DNA of 64,000 nucleotides from a virus (taxonomy: Duplodnaviria; Caudoviricetes), in the IMG/VR virus record IMGVR_UViG_3300033121_002101, positions 1-64,000 of that record; one strand, 5' to 3'. Made by a program: the position numbers and the translations under genes. The notes beneath the pieces were generated by a model. That model searched no databases. It was not told where the DNA came from and saw only the letters and a list, made by a program, of their open reading frames with translations. Below, piece after piece: positions 7,902 through 17,277 of this stretch (the stretch's first letter is position 1; each line of letters begins with the position of its first letter).

Positions 7902-8501
7902 ATGACATCGTGGTACACTCCATTTAAGCACATGTATGAAGGCATTGGTGCCGCGGGAAGCGGCCCAGGATCTAGTGAAGAATACACTAGAGAGTGGAGA
8001 GCTTTCGTTCAAGAATTTATATCAAAAAATACAGTGATGACAATCGTAGATTGGGGATGCGGCGATTGGACACATTCAAAGCTTATAGATTGGAACAATG
8101 CAAAATATTTTGGAATTGACATTGTCCCATCATTAATAGAAAGTCTGAATCAGCAATTTGCTGATGAAAATACATCGTTTCATCTTTTTGATCCAGACAT
8201 CATATCATCAAGAAGTCTTATATCAATAGTTTGCCAGAATGTTGATGTCATTATCTGCAAAGACGTAATTCAACATTTGCCAAATGATGTTTCAATAGAA
8301 CTGTTAAAAACATTCATTGATTCATGCAAGTTTTTAATCTTGGTAAATGACATTAAAGGAAACCCAAACGTTGATACACACATTGGTGGTTGTAGACATG
8401 TCGACCCACGTTTACCACCGATCAGCATAACATCAGATGATCCAGAAATTATGCTTGGCGGCGGAGAAAAAGCAGTCTTTGTTATAAAAGGTAACAAGTA
8501 A
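7902..8501 (+). CDS. Class I SAM-dependent methyltransferase
   Basis: GSGPGS, IVDWGCGD, YFGIDIV and ICKDVIQHL motifs. Confidence 0.88.
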   Translation: MTSWYTPFKHMYEGIGAAGSGPGSSEEYTREWRAFVQEFISKNTVMTIVDWGCGDWTHSKLIDWNNAKYFGIDIVPSLIESLNQQFADENTSFHLFDPDIISSRSLISIVCQNVDVIICKDVIQHLPNDVSIELLKTFIDSCKFLILVNDIKGNPNVDTHIGGCRHVDPRLPPISITSDDPEIMLGGGEKAVFVIKGNK

Positions 8502-8702
8502 TTAAAATACTTTTTCTGGTGTTTGTTTGCTACAAAACCATTCACCTTCAGGATTTTCTTTTACAATTCCGCCACTGTTTCTACAATCTCTTTTATCTTC
8601 AGATATTCTCCATCCGTGAAGCATAAGAAGTGATAATCCTACAACTATCATTACAGCAATTGTAGCAATTAATGCGACAAGCATTTTCTCAGTATAATAC
8701 AT
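8502..8702 (-). CDS. Small membrane protein
   Basis: N-terminal TM, then C..SGG....C. Confidence 0.6.
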   Translation of the reverse strand: MYYTEKMLVALIATIAVMIVVGLSLLMLHGWRISEDKRDCRNSGGIVKENPEGEWFCSKQTPEKVF

Positions 8703-8713
8703 TTTTTATTCCT

Positions 8714-8944
8714 TTACTTAGTCATTTGATACAAATCTCTAAAACCGTTTAAAATGTACAAAAGTCCGCAGCACAAAAAATAGAATACAGTAAGCGGCCA
8801 AAAAAGAGATCCAGCAAAGACAACAGATGCAACAGCATTTTGTGTGAACTTTCTTTGATTGAATAAAAAGAAGTATCCCATTAAAGCACAAGCCGTCAAC
8901 ATTGTAAACATCATGTATAAAAAAGATAAATCAAAATTACTCAT
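8714..8944 (-). CDS. Small two-TM membrane protein
   Basis: Two TMs and an FWP motif. Confidence 0.6.
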   Translation of the reverse strand: MSNFDLSFLYMMFTMLTACALMGYFFLFNQRKFTQNAVASVVFAGSLFWPLTVFYFLCCGLLYILNGFRDLYQMTK

Positions 8945-9300
8945 AACTTTTCTCTTGCTCCCGCGAAATAATGACCATTTCCATTATGGTGTACAACGAC
9001 TTCTTCATTGTCATATAAAACAGTGATTGATTTTTCGATAGCAGCAAAAATCTGTTGGTATGCTTCATCTCTAACTGGTGGTGGAAATTCATTCAACGGT
9101 ATCCATGATATTCCATCATACCAAGATGCTATGCGCCCGTTAGAAATTATTTGATTAATTTCTTCTTTTACAATATCTTTAAGTCTAATCTGCGCATAGC
9201 AAACAGAACATTCACTTGCATGTGAAATGCATTCTGCTGTTTTTCTCTTTGAACAGTCAGTCATATTCAGTTCCATAATTGTATTCATCTTCAATCTCAT
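8941..9300 (-). CDS. Hypothetical protein
   Basis: ORF with Cys/His cluster. Confidence 0.55.
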   Translation of the reverse strand: MRLKMNTIMELNMTDCSKRKTAECISHASECSVCYAQIRLKDIVKEEINQIISNGRIASWYDGISWIPLNEFPPPVRDEAYQQIFAAIEKSITVLYDNEEVVVHHNGNGHYFAGAREKL

Positions 9301-9505
9301 CCAAGCTTTTTTCTAACTTTTCATAGAAGTCATTTTCTATAATCCACCAACCACAAGCTGTATTGTCGTTATTTTCAACACTCTCTAATGTAAACAATTC
9401 TTCGGCGTAACACCCTTCTGGAACAAAAGGTTTTACATTCAATTCATAATCTTCTTTTACAGACAGTAATTCGTTACGATTAATTCTTTGGTAAAGATCA
9501 AACAT
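9257..9505 (-). CDS. Hypothetical acidic protein
   Basis: ORF track. Confidence 0.55.
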   Translation of the reverse strand: MFDLYQRINRNELLSVKEDYELNVKPFVPEGCYAEELFTLESVENNDNTACGWWIIENDFYEKLEKSLDEIEDEYNYGTEYD

Positions 9506-9599
9506 GTTGGTCTTTTTCTATTAAAGAGATTGCAAAAATTATAATATTAGCAACTGCTAACAATAAACCCATCACTACGTCTCTTGCAAGTTCAATCAT
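9498..9599 (-). CDS. Small membrane peptide (33 aa, not in ORF track)
   Basis: ATGA overlap. MIELARDVVMGLLLAVANIIIFAISLIEKDQHV. Confidence 0.5.
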   Translation of the reverse strand: MIELARDVVMGLLLAVANIIIFAISLIEKDQHV

Positions 9600-9997
9600 A
9601 CAAAACTCAAAGCAAACAGCGCACATTCATGAGAAAACTTTTCCTGATAATCCATCAGGTCTTCATGGCAAATTTTCTTTTCAATTGCTTCAATGTCTGA
9701 GTGAGTAATGAGCGGTTTGGCGTAATGCTCAAAGACTTTATTGCAGACGAATGTCATTGCAATAATTTCCATATTTTCATTGATAGCTTCTGGAGAAGAT
9801 TCTCTTAGCAATGAAATTGCCTCTAAACGCTTTTTCATTGCGAACGAAATGATTTTTTTATTCGCAAGGTTCACTACAGAACTTGCACAATTTGGACACA
9901 AGTCTAAACAAACACGCTCACCCCAATAAGGGATTTCATTTACAGTTTCAGACTGTTTCCCAATCCATGCACATTTTACACAACAAAGATTATTCAT
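9596..9997 (-). CDS. Zn-ribbon hypothetical protein
   Basis: CVKC...CPNC. Confidence 0.6.
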   Translation of the reverse strand: MNNLCCVKCAWIGKQSETVNEIPYWGERVCLDLCPNCASSVVNLANKKIISFAMKKRLEAISLLRESSPEAINENMEIIAMTFVCNKVFEHYAKPLITHSDIEAIEKKICHEDLMDYQEKFSHECALFALSFV

Positions 9998-10023
9998 TTT
10001 GCGCTCTTTTCATTAAAAAAAAG

Positions 10024-10079
10024 AAACCACAAACAGTGAAATAATAGCAGCCCGCATACTATCTCACTGTTTGTGGTTT
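10024..10079 (-). terminator. Long hairpin / intrinsic terminator downstream of rIIB
   Basis: Perfect 16-bp inverted repeat AAACCACAAACAGTGA / TCACTGTTTGTGGTTT, extendable inward with G-U pairs, followed by a T run on the minus strand. Confidence 0.75.
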
Positions 10080-10159
10080 GAAAAATTAAACAATAACAAC
10101 CATATGATATACATCATACAACATTATTATTTACGTGAAAATGAGCGTAAATTGTTACA

Positions 10160-11209
10160 TCAGCGATTTTCGATAATCTTCAGAACAAGATTGTATTTTC
10201 CGCCAGATATCTTAGACGCATTTACAATCTTTAAACACTTAGAAGCATAGTTTCTAAGTTTATCAGTCGATTGACCCAAAAGCTCATCAAACGACATTGC
10301 ATGGATTTTTCTAAACTGCTTTGCAATTTTTCTAGCGGGCTGAGTTTGCTTTTTGTCTTCAACTTTGTAAACGCCGTGTAATGTACTGTTTGCTTCTCTA
10401 CTAACTTGGCAAAAGTCATCGTCGAGGTCGTCATCAAAGTCGTCATCATAATACTCATCTTCTTCAACGTCAACGTCTTCGTAGCTGTCAAAATAATGAG
10501 ACGGAAGAACTTCAGAGTAAATCCCAACAACTTTGTATTTGCATACTCTCATCTTTTGGTGAGAGTAATCATTCGGTACGCTTACAACAAATTCTGGATC
10601 TACTTCACAGATAAGCATTTTTTTATTGCCTGAACCGAATGAACTTGCATACTCAAGTGAACCCACATGGAAACCAAAATGGCATGGAGTGTTCGGATCA
10701 TCAGAAACGAGATTTCTTTCCATCTCGTGAACAGAGCCAACAGTATTTAAAACAGTGCCAGAGTGGTGATCTAAAAAGTCACCACGTACAGACTTATACG
10801 CAAGAATATTTCCATCTTTGTTCACTGGAATTCCAGCATGACTCATAAACGGAAAAAGCTGTTCAACTGATCTAGAAGATGGATTGCGCATCAACTTTTT
10901 CCAGAAATTTAAAAATGGCTCTGGCGACTGACCATTTCTTGCTGCTTCAATTATCTTATCAGATAAAGATTGCGGCAGCTCACGGTTTTTCATGAAAACT
11001 TTGCCGCTGACAAGCTTAAACTCGCCACTGCTCCAAGACGACATGAACGCATCACTTTCCAATGACTGTTCAATTATTGCATCATCATTTAGCAGCAATG
11101 CACTTCTAAGCACAGAAAAGTTTAAATCATTCGGTGTAAAGCATAACATTTTACCATTGTGAAAAATTGTAATAGAATCGTTTGTTATTGTATAGACATA
11201 TTGAGGCAT
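10160..11209 (-). CDS. rIIB: rIIB-like protein
   Basis: PFLNFWKKLMRNPS..SVEQLFPF, DGNILAYKSVR, C..GFHVGSLEYA and KMRVCKYKVV. Lies downstream of rIIA. Confidence 0.88.
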   Translation of the reverse strand: MPQYVYTITNDSITIFHNGKMLCFTPNDLNFSVLRSALLLNDDAIIEQSLESDAFMSSWSSGEFKLVSGKVFMKNRELPQSLSDKIIEAARNGQSPEPFLNFWKKLMRNPSSRSVEQLFPFMSHAGIPVNKDGNILAYKSVRGDFLDHHSGTVLNTVGSVHEMERNLVSDDPNTPCHFGFHVGSLEYASSFGSGNKKMLICEVDPEFVVSVPNDYSHQKMRVCKYKVVGIYSEVLPSHYFDSYEDVDVEEDEYYDDDFDDDLDDDFCQVSREANSTLHGVYKVEDKKQTQPARKIAKQFRKIHAMSFDELLGQSTDKLRNYASKCLKIVNASKISGGKYNLVLKIIENR

Positions 11210-11235
11210 TTAAATCTTCTTTCTCTTAAATTTTT

Positions 11236-13434
11236 TCAAGCTGTTAGTTTGTCTGTTAAATTATTAAGTCGCTGTTCTAAAAGTTGTTCGTTATGCTTAT
11301 CGATTATTTTAACATAATCTACATATTCACAACGATGTTCACCAATTAGCGCATACATGTTTTTAAACAATAAAGGATACTTGCTATTGATTTGATCAAT
11401 TTCAGAATGGTTGTCAGTTAATATCAATTTATAGTTTTCATTATAATTCAATATTTTTCTAAATGTTTTTTTTACATTTTGTGAACTGTACTCTTTGTTG
11501 ATCACTGTAACTGAATCAATATATTTTTCACAAAAACGAGATAAAATATGGTCAGCACCCAACGCACACTTTACTGATTCAAAAGCAGTCTTTGAAAATA
11601 AATTAACACCGTAGTCTGTAGCTGCTTGATCATTTGCAAATTCACTAATCTTAAGAATACTGTTGTAACTACTATTTGACAGTAATTCATCAACAAAAGT
11701 TTTCAGCCAAACTTCGTATCTAATACCCACTCTTTTTGTGCTATTTCCTATGTGATCTTTTTTAATTTTGTATCCAAATATTCTTGGAGCTTTCTTCCCA
11801 ATCTTGTCACAAATGGCTCTAACTGTTAAAATAGTTTCTTCTAAGATAGAGTCTTGCGTTTCGAAATTACAAATTTCGACATACACATCATTTTTTGTAA
11901 TACTTCTATCAGAAAGCTCCCAATTATTTGATCTAACTGTAGTTTCAACAAATTTAATATTTTCTTTCAAAGAAAATTCTTTTTTGCCAGCAAGAACTGA
12001 TTTTTCTTTCTTTTCTGGCAAAAGGCTTTCATCAATTTTAAGAGATGATGTAAAAACTATTTCTATGCCCTCAGCTTTGTTTATTTCAACATGACTGAGA
12101 ATATCTTTGTAAACGCTAAGATATTCTGATTTGTTTATTGGCGTTGCAATATATGTTATATTATCTTTGAAATTGTGAGTGTAAAATTTCAAAGCTTTTT
12201 TAGAATCATGTATTACAATTTTTGTATCTTTATGAACATTAATTGAATTGGTTTTATAGCTGTGTACAATAGAATCTCTTCTTCTTCTTGAAGAATATGA
12301 ATACTCTGCAAATGAGTATCCAACACTTTTACCGTTAAAAAGGTCATTTGGGAATAATTTGACATGAGAATCTAAAAAAGATTTATCCATGTTTTTATCA
12401 ACAATTGAAAAACTAAAACCGGAATTTTTCAATGAAGATGCGAACACTCTTTTTTCCCAATTTGTCTTTGCTTTTGAATTAATCAATTCATCGACAAATT
12501 TTGAATACTGTGAATGCAACTCGCAAAATTTGTCGATGATTGCATTTTTAGTTTTGTCATTATATTCTAAATCTTCTCTTGAAGCATTAAAGTTAATGTC
12601 ACCAATTTCAAACTTTAAATAACCAGAAGAGTAACCAACAAAATCTGGAAATTTAACATTTGATTTGTTTATCCTGTATGGAATAGAACCCATCAGGGCA
12701 TACCATTCTTCAGAAGAATTATAGTTATAACTATGATTTACTGCTTTATACGTTTTATCATTTACAATACCAGCAGGAAGATCTGCTAATATATTTTTTT
12801 CTCGAAAAGAAATGTTACCAATGTTAAAATTGGGTTTAGTCATTACAGTAGAAAAGAACAAAACAATCTTGTCATAAAATTGTTTAACATCATGCTTTTT
12901 TACTGGAATTTTAATTTCTAAACCAGTTTCATTTTTATCTTCTAAATCTGATTCGTTTAGAAGTGCAATTGTTCCATGTTGAGATTCATCAATGAAAGCA
13001 GAATACGTTCTAATCTTTCCTTGATTTTTTGAAATTACAATAAAAGAATCTGAATAACAAAATGCTGATTTTGAACCAATGCCAAGCATTCCCACGTAGT
13101 CATCTGAGTCTCTCTTGGTGCTTGCTCCATACTGAGTGTATATCATTACAACTTCATTATGCGAGAGCCCTGGCCCACAATCTGTCACACTAAAATACAA
13201 TTCTGAGTCAGTTGGAATGTGAATAGTAATTGGTTCATTTTCTTTTCCAACTGACTTATTCGCATCAAATGCATTGGCTGAATACTCTCTGATAACAGCC
13301 ATGATCTTGTCTGAATAAATTGTATTGCGCAAAATATTAATGATATGTGCTGAATTCTCAGCAGAGATACCAAACTTTGTTGCATCAATAGCACCACCCA
13401 GCGCAGAATTATTCTTTTGATTTTGTGGTATCAT
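11236..13434 (-). CDS. rIIA: rIIA-like protein (GHKL/HATPase N-terminus)
   Basis: IYSDKIMAVIREYSANAFDA, DCGPGL, YGASTK, GMLGIGSKSAFCY and SREDLEY. Confidence 0.9.
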   Translation of the reverse strand: MIPQNQKNNSALGGAIDATKFGISAENSAHIINILRNTIYSDKIMAVIREYSANAFDANKSVGKENEPITIHIPTDSELYFSVTDCGPGLSHNEVVMIYTQYGASTKRDSDDYVGMLGIGSKSAFCYSDSFIVISKNQGKIRTYSAFIDESQHGTIALLNESDLEDKNETGLEIKIPVKKHDVKQFYDKIVLFFSTVMTKPNFNIGNISFREKNILADLPAGIVNDKTYKAVNHSYNYNSSEEWYALMGSIPYRINKSNVKFPDFVGYSSGYLKFEIGDINFNASREDLEYNDKTKNAIIDKFCELHSQYSKFVDELINSKAKTNWEKRVFASSLKNSGFSFSIVDKNMDKSFLDSHVKLFPNDLFNGKSVGYSFAEYSYSSRRRRDSIVHSYKTNSINVHKDTKIVIHDSKKALKFYTHNFKDNITYIATPINKSEYLSVYKDILSHVEINKAEGIEIVFTSSLKIDESLLPEKKEKSVLAGKKEFSLKENIKFVETTVRSNNWELSDRSITKNDVYVEICNFETQDSILEETILTVRAICDKIGKKAPRIFGYKIKKDHIGNSTKRVGIRYEVWLKTFVDELLSNSSYNSILKISEFANDQAATDYGVNLFSKTAFESVKCALGADHILSRFCEKYIDSVTVINKEYSSQNVKKTFRKILNYNENYKLILTDNHSEIDQINSKYPLLFKNMYALIGEHRCEYVDYVKIIDKHNEQLLEQRLNNLTDKLTA

Positions 13435-13463
13435 TTCTTTCTTTCTTTCTTGTTATAAAGAAG

Positions 13464-13615
13464 TGGGTATACTGGGATTCGAACCCAGATCCAACGCTTG
13501 TCGAAAGCGTTAAATGTATTGTGATCTCAAACCGTCGAATGAGAAATTTAATACACCTGTTAAACACATTCTGCAGAAGCATTTAACAAAGCATTAAGCC
13601 ACATGCTTCATACCC
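13464..13615 (-). ncRNA. tRNA-like structured RNA, 152 nt, with three internal hairpins
   Basis: GGGTATG/TATACCC-A acceptor, AAGCAT-GTGGCTTA-ATGCTT D-like arm and perfect CTGGG-TTCGAAT-CCCAG T arm. The interior folds into three stems. Confidence 0.75.
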
Positions 13616-13640
13616 GAAGCGTGCAATGCACGCATTACAA

Positions 13641-14795
13641 TCAAGCTTTCTTCAAAACAGCAGTACCTTCAGTGAGTTGTCTAGTGTAAGATGTAGACTG
13701 AATAAACACAGAGAATTCTCCAAGGTTACCAGGTGTAAGCTTAATATCACCCTTTGTGTTTGAAATGTTTAGAAGGCTCTTTGCAGAATCCCACCCTTCA
13801 TAAAACTTACCAGTCTTTTTATCTTGAACAATAATCTTCTTATACGGTTGGACAGTTTCCTTTTTCGTCAACTGATAGTATAAAGATCCTTTCTCAAAAC
13901 TCTTCCAATTCTTTTTCGCAAAATTTCTAATTTCACGATCTTTCCTTGAAAGATTGTCTGGCACTCTAACAACTTCAACACTCTTTGTAACATCATTCAA
14001 ATTTGTTGCAAGATTCTTAGCAACTGAATTTGCATTCTTATTGCCTAGGTCGACATAGAAATTATTACTACTCATTACACCAGCAGATCTAGATGTAGTG
14101 TATGAGCTAGCAGATAATGTTGCTGCTTTCGCATAACTCTGTACACCGTCGAACGTTTGTTCCCACGCTCTAACATTACCGTGCGGAATTCCAAGATTCT
14201 GGACATCTGTAACGCTTTGCACCGGACAGTTTGCAACAATTGTCATACGACCACTTAAAGAAATATTTTTAATCTTTTCCTTAATAGAAAAGTGAGTTTC
14301 AACCCTAGATTGATTCTCTTGACCGTCTGTAATGACAACAATAAGGTAAGCCAAATCCTTATTCGTCATCAAGCCAAGTGCAGCTGTATCTAAAGCTACT
14401 CCCATTGCATCGTATAGCGCAGTCATACCACATGTATATGACGACGGAATTTTAAAGTTTTTTACATCTGAAAAGCCACTAAATTTTTCAACGGTACTAC
14501 CGAAGAATATTGTACCCACATTATATTTTGTATTTAGCGGAGCATTTCTCATTACTTCAAGTTGAGATTCAATTGCATTATTCATTGGCGTCTGTAGTCC
14601 ACACATTGAATCACTCTTGTCGACTACGAAGATTACGTTTGTAACCATCGTTTCAGTTGAATCATCAACTAAGAAAAGCAGATGACCTTTTTCATCCTTT
14701 TCTGTTTTAACTTTTCCAGATGCTGCCCACTTCCTTGCCGTATCTGGGTGTATGTTTTTTAACTTCACAAACTCACCAGTTTTTAATTTCTTCAT
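13641..14795 (-). CDS. HTH - vWA domain protein with conserved C-terminal domain
   Basis: N-terminal MerR/excisionase-like HTH (IHPDTARKWAASGKV), MIDAS DKSDS, TALYDA, ITDGQEN, and C-terminal YYQL...FIQSTSYTRQL. Confidence 0.85.
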   Translation of the reverse strand: MKKLKTGEFVKLKNIHPDTARKWAASGKVKTEKDEKGHLLFLVDDSTETMVTNVIFVVDKSDSMCGLQTPMNNAIESQLEVMRNAPLNTKYNVGTIFFGSTVEKFSGFSDVKNFKIPSSYTCGMTALYDAMGVALDTAALGLMTNKDLAYLIVVITDGQENQSRVETHFSIKEKIKNISLSGRMTIVANCPVQSVTDVQNLGIPHGNVRAWEQTFDGVQSYAKAATLSASSYTTSRSAGVMSSNNFYVDLGNKNANSVAKNLATNLNDVTKSVEVVRVPDNLSRKDREIRNFAKKNWKSFEKGSLYYQLTKKETVQPYKKIIVQDKKTGKFYEGWDSAKSLLNISNTKGDIKLTPGNLGEFSVFIQSTSYTRQLTEGTAVLKKA

Positions 14796-14848
14796 ATGTT
14801 CGATTATTATAATTCACTTTTTTTACATTAAAAATGTACATTAATTTG

Positions 14849-15391
14849 TTAGTGTCTCTTGCCAGTAACATAAAAACTCCATCCTTTTGAGTTAGTCATT
14901 TTTATAATGCGACCAGCGTATCTCCAAGCTTTTCCTTTAAATGTAGTCGCTTTTCCACCGCCAGCATAACCAGTAATTGCGCAACGAATATTATCTACAC
15001 CATGACCATTGTCTTCGCAATATTTAAACCACTCATGTAGGTGTAATGATGCACCTTTATATTGCGCGCGCACGTCATAAACAATTTTCTTACAGCTTTT
15101 AACCGTAGTCGCTTTTAATTGCGTTGAGCCACAAAAGTATGGACCGTGTAGGGTATGAATTTTGTTTATGTTGCTGTTTACTCTTTTGTTAGTGACATTG
15201 TCTACACCATTTACAGATTCATGCAAATATCTAGATTCCTGATCAGCTTGCGCGAGCAACTGAAATGCTTTAACTTTTTCTGTCTCTGCTTCCATTGCAT
15301 ATGACACATGATTCAATGGTGCACCACTCATATATGAGAGCACAACAAGTTTAATTATATAAGGATGCATTTTGCAATAATAATACAACAC
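14849..15391 (-). CDS. Lytic transglycosylase (SLT)-like protein
   Basis: LLAQADQESRY (catalytic E-S), GSTQL (GxxQ), AITGYAGG (AYNxG-like) and YAGRII. Confidence 0.65.
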   Translation of the reverse strand: MLYYYCKMHPYIIKLVVLSYMSGAPLNHVSYAMEAETEKVKAFQLLAQADQESRYLHESVNGVDNVTNKRVNSNINKIHTLHGPYFCGSTQLKATTVKSCKKIVYDVRAQYKGASLHLHEWFKYCEDNGHGVDNIRCAITGYAGGGKATTFKGKAWRYAGRIIKMTNSKGWSFYVTGKRH

Positions 15392-15460
15392 AATTATACA
15401 TTGTAAGAGTGCAACAGTGTTACATTGTTTTCATTTTACACTTGTATTAAAATATTAAAA

Positions 15461-15655
15461 ATGGATGAAAATACAAATATCGAAAACATGCTAGCGCAAC
15501 AAATTATTGTTTTTCTCGGAGATTATGACGAAGAGACAATAATAAAAACAATTACAATATTGGCATCAGCACTTATTGTAACAAATACAGTTACTCATGA
15601 AGAACTTTCTGAATCAATACGACAAACAGTCTTAACGTACAAAGAAAAAAATTGA
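15461..15655 (+). CDS. Hypothetical protein
   Basis: First gene after the strand switch, ATG at 15461. Confidence 0.55.
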   Translation: MDENTNIENMLAQQIIVFLGDYDEETIIKTITILASALIVTNTVTHEELSESIRQTVLTYKEKN

Positions 15656-17262
15656 TGACAAATAAAACGTGGCGAGAGTTTTTTCCATTAAAGCAACCGA
15701 GAAAAGAGCAGGAGTATATTCTTGATAGAATTGTAGAAAAAATCAATTCTGGAGAAAAAACTTTTATTCTTGAAGCTGGCACTGGAGTAGGAAAATCTGC
15801 GATTGCTGTTTGTTTGGCAAACTACATAACAGCTACAATAACAGGTTTTGACAAGTACAAAAAAGGTGCATACATTCTCACTTCTCAGAAAATTTTGCAA
15901 GATCAGTATTTAAGAGATTACAAATCTGCTTGTGATATTAGATCTTCTTCAAATTTTTCTTGTCACAGTGGGCCAGGAGAAACTTGCGGTCAAACTATAA
16001 GATACAACATTTATTCCAATAAAAAAGAAAAAGATCAGCAAAAAACTTGTCCTAATTGCCCATACAGAAATGCAAAAGACAATTTTATATCCGCACCGCT
16101 TGGAATTACAAACTATTCTTATTTCATGTCAGAAACTGTTTATGCTGGCGAAATTGAACCAAGAAAACTTCTTGTTTTAGATGAAGCACATAACATAGAA
16201 TCTGAAATGAGAAGATGGTCAACTGTAGAAATTGATGAAGAAACAGTTAACAATGTTGGTTGCGAATTTCCATTCAATTCTTCTAGAAATGACATAATTG
16301 ACTGGCTTACTGAGGTTTATAAACCTACATTAGTGTCACATGTTCTTAGCTTATCAGACAGACTTGAGTCACTTGAATCAAAAGGAATCAAAAAAGGTAT
16401 TTCATCTTTAATCGATGAGCTTGACAAAATGGATAAGCACATGTGTGCTGTCAATAGAATATTTGATGATGAAATGAAAATTGATCGTGATATGTTAATG
16501 GATTGGTCTGAACAGCAAAACGGCAGAAGAAAGTTACAAATTCAGCCGTTAGAGTCTGGAAAAATAGCGAAAGACATGCTATACACACTCGGTGAATATA
16601 ATTTGCTGATGTCAGCTACAATTTTGTCAAGTTCAATTTTCAAGAAAAGTGTTGGAATTGACAATTGCGAGTTTGTTTCACAACCGACTCCATTTCCGCC
16701 AAAGAATTTTGGTCTTGTTTATAAACCTGTCGGAAAGATGTCTAAGGCATTTATTTCAAAAACTATGCCTAAAATGATAAACGCAGTAAAAGAAATTTTG
16801 AAAAAGCACCCTCTAGAGAAGGGAATAATACACTGCGCGAATTATGATATTACTAAAGCGATAGCTTCTATAAATGATAGAAGACTATTAATACAAACGA
16901 CTGCGAAAGACAGAGAAGATATTCTAAAAAGGCATAGAGAAGGCGTTGGCCCGACTGTTATAGTTTCTCCATCGATGATGGAAGGACTGGATCTAGAAGG
17001 TGATTTGGGCAGGTTTCAAATTATTTGTAAGATACCATTTCCAAATATGGGTGATCCAGTTGTTGAAGCAAGAAATAAACAGGGCGATTCATGGTATGCG
17101 TGGTATACTTCTAAATCACTAATTCAGTCTGTCGGCAGATGTGTAAGAAGTATAACAGACACTACGAATACTTACATATTAGATGAAAGTTTCGGAGTAT
17201 TTTTCGAAAAGTGGGGTCAAATGTTTCCTCCATACTTTGGAGAATTAGAAATAGATATCTGA
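15652..17262 (+). CDS. DinG/YoaA (XPD-like) SF2 helicase
   Basis: Q-motif PRKEQ, AGTGVGKS, four Cys (Fe-S), DEAH, MSAT, EGLD and QSVGRCVR. Confidence 0.93.
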   Translation: MMTNKTWREFFPLKQPRKEQEYILDRIVEKINSGEKTFILEAGTGVGKSAIAVCLANYITATITGFDKYKKGAYILTSQKILQDQYLRDYKSACDIRSSSNFSCHSGPGETCGQTIRYNIYSNKKEKDQQKTCPNCPYRNAKDNFISAPLGITNYSYFMSETVYAGEIEPRKLLVLDEAHNIESEMRRWSTVEIDEETVNNVGCEFPFNSSRNDIIDWLTEVYKPTLVSHVLSLSDRLESLESKGIKKGISSLIDELDKMDKHMCAVNRIFDDEMKIDRDMLMDWSEQQNGRRKLQIQPLESGKIAKDMLYTLGEYNLLMSATILSSSIFKKSVGIDNCEFVSQPTPFPPKNFGLVYKPVGKMSKAFISKTMPKMINAVKEILKKHPLEKGIIHCANYDITKAIASINDRRLLIQTTAKDREDILKRHREGVGPTVIVSPSMMEGLDLEGDLGRFQIICKIPFPNMGDPVVEARNKQGDSWYAWYTSKSLIQSVGRCVRSITDTTNTYILDESFGVFFEKWGQMFPPYFGELEIDI

Positions 17263-17277
17263 TTAATAAATACATGC

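Noticed and set aside
14660-14795. IS607-like element suggested by the N-terminal HTH
   Set aside because: No serine recombinase domain or TnpB follows, and the HTH is fused to a vWA domain.
10100-15430. TGTAACA/TGTACA upstream of minus-strand operons as an early promoter motif (about 10145, 14838, 15422)
   Set aside because: Only three instances, with inconsistent spacing to a -10 box in an AT-rich background. Not supportable without statistics.
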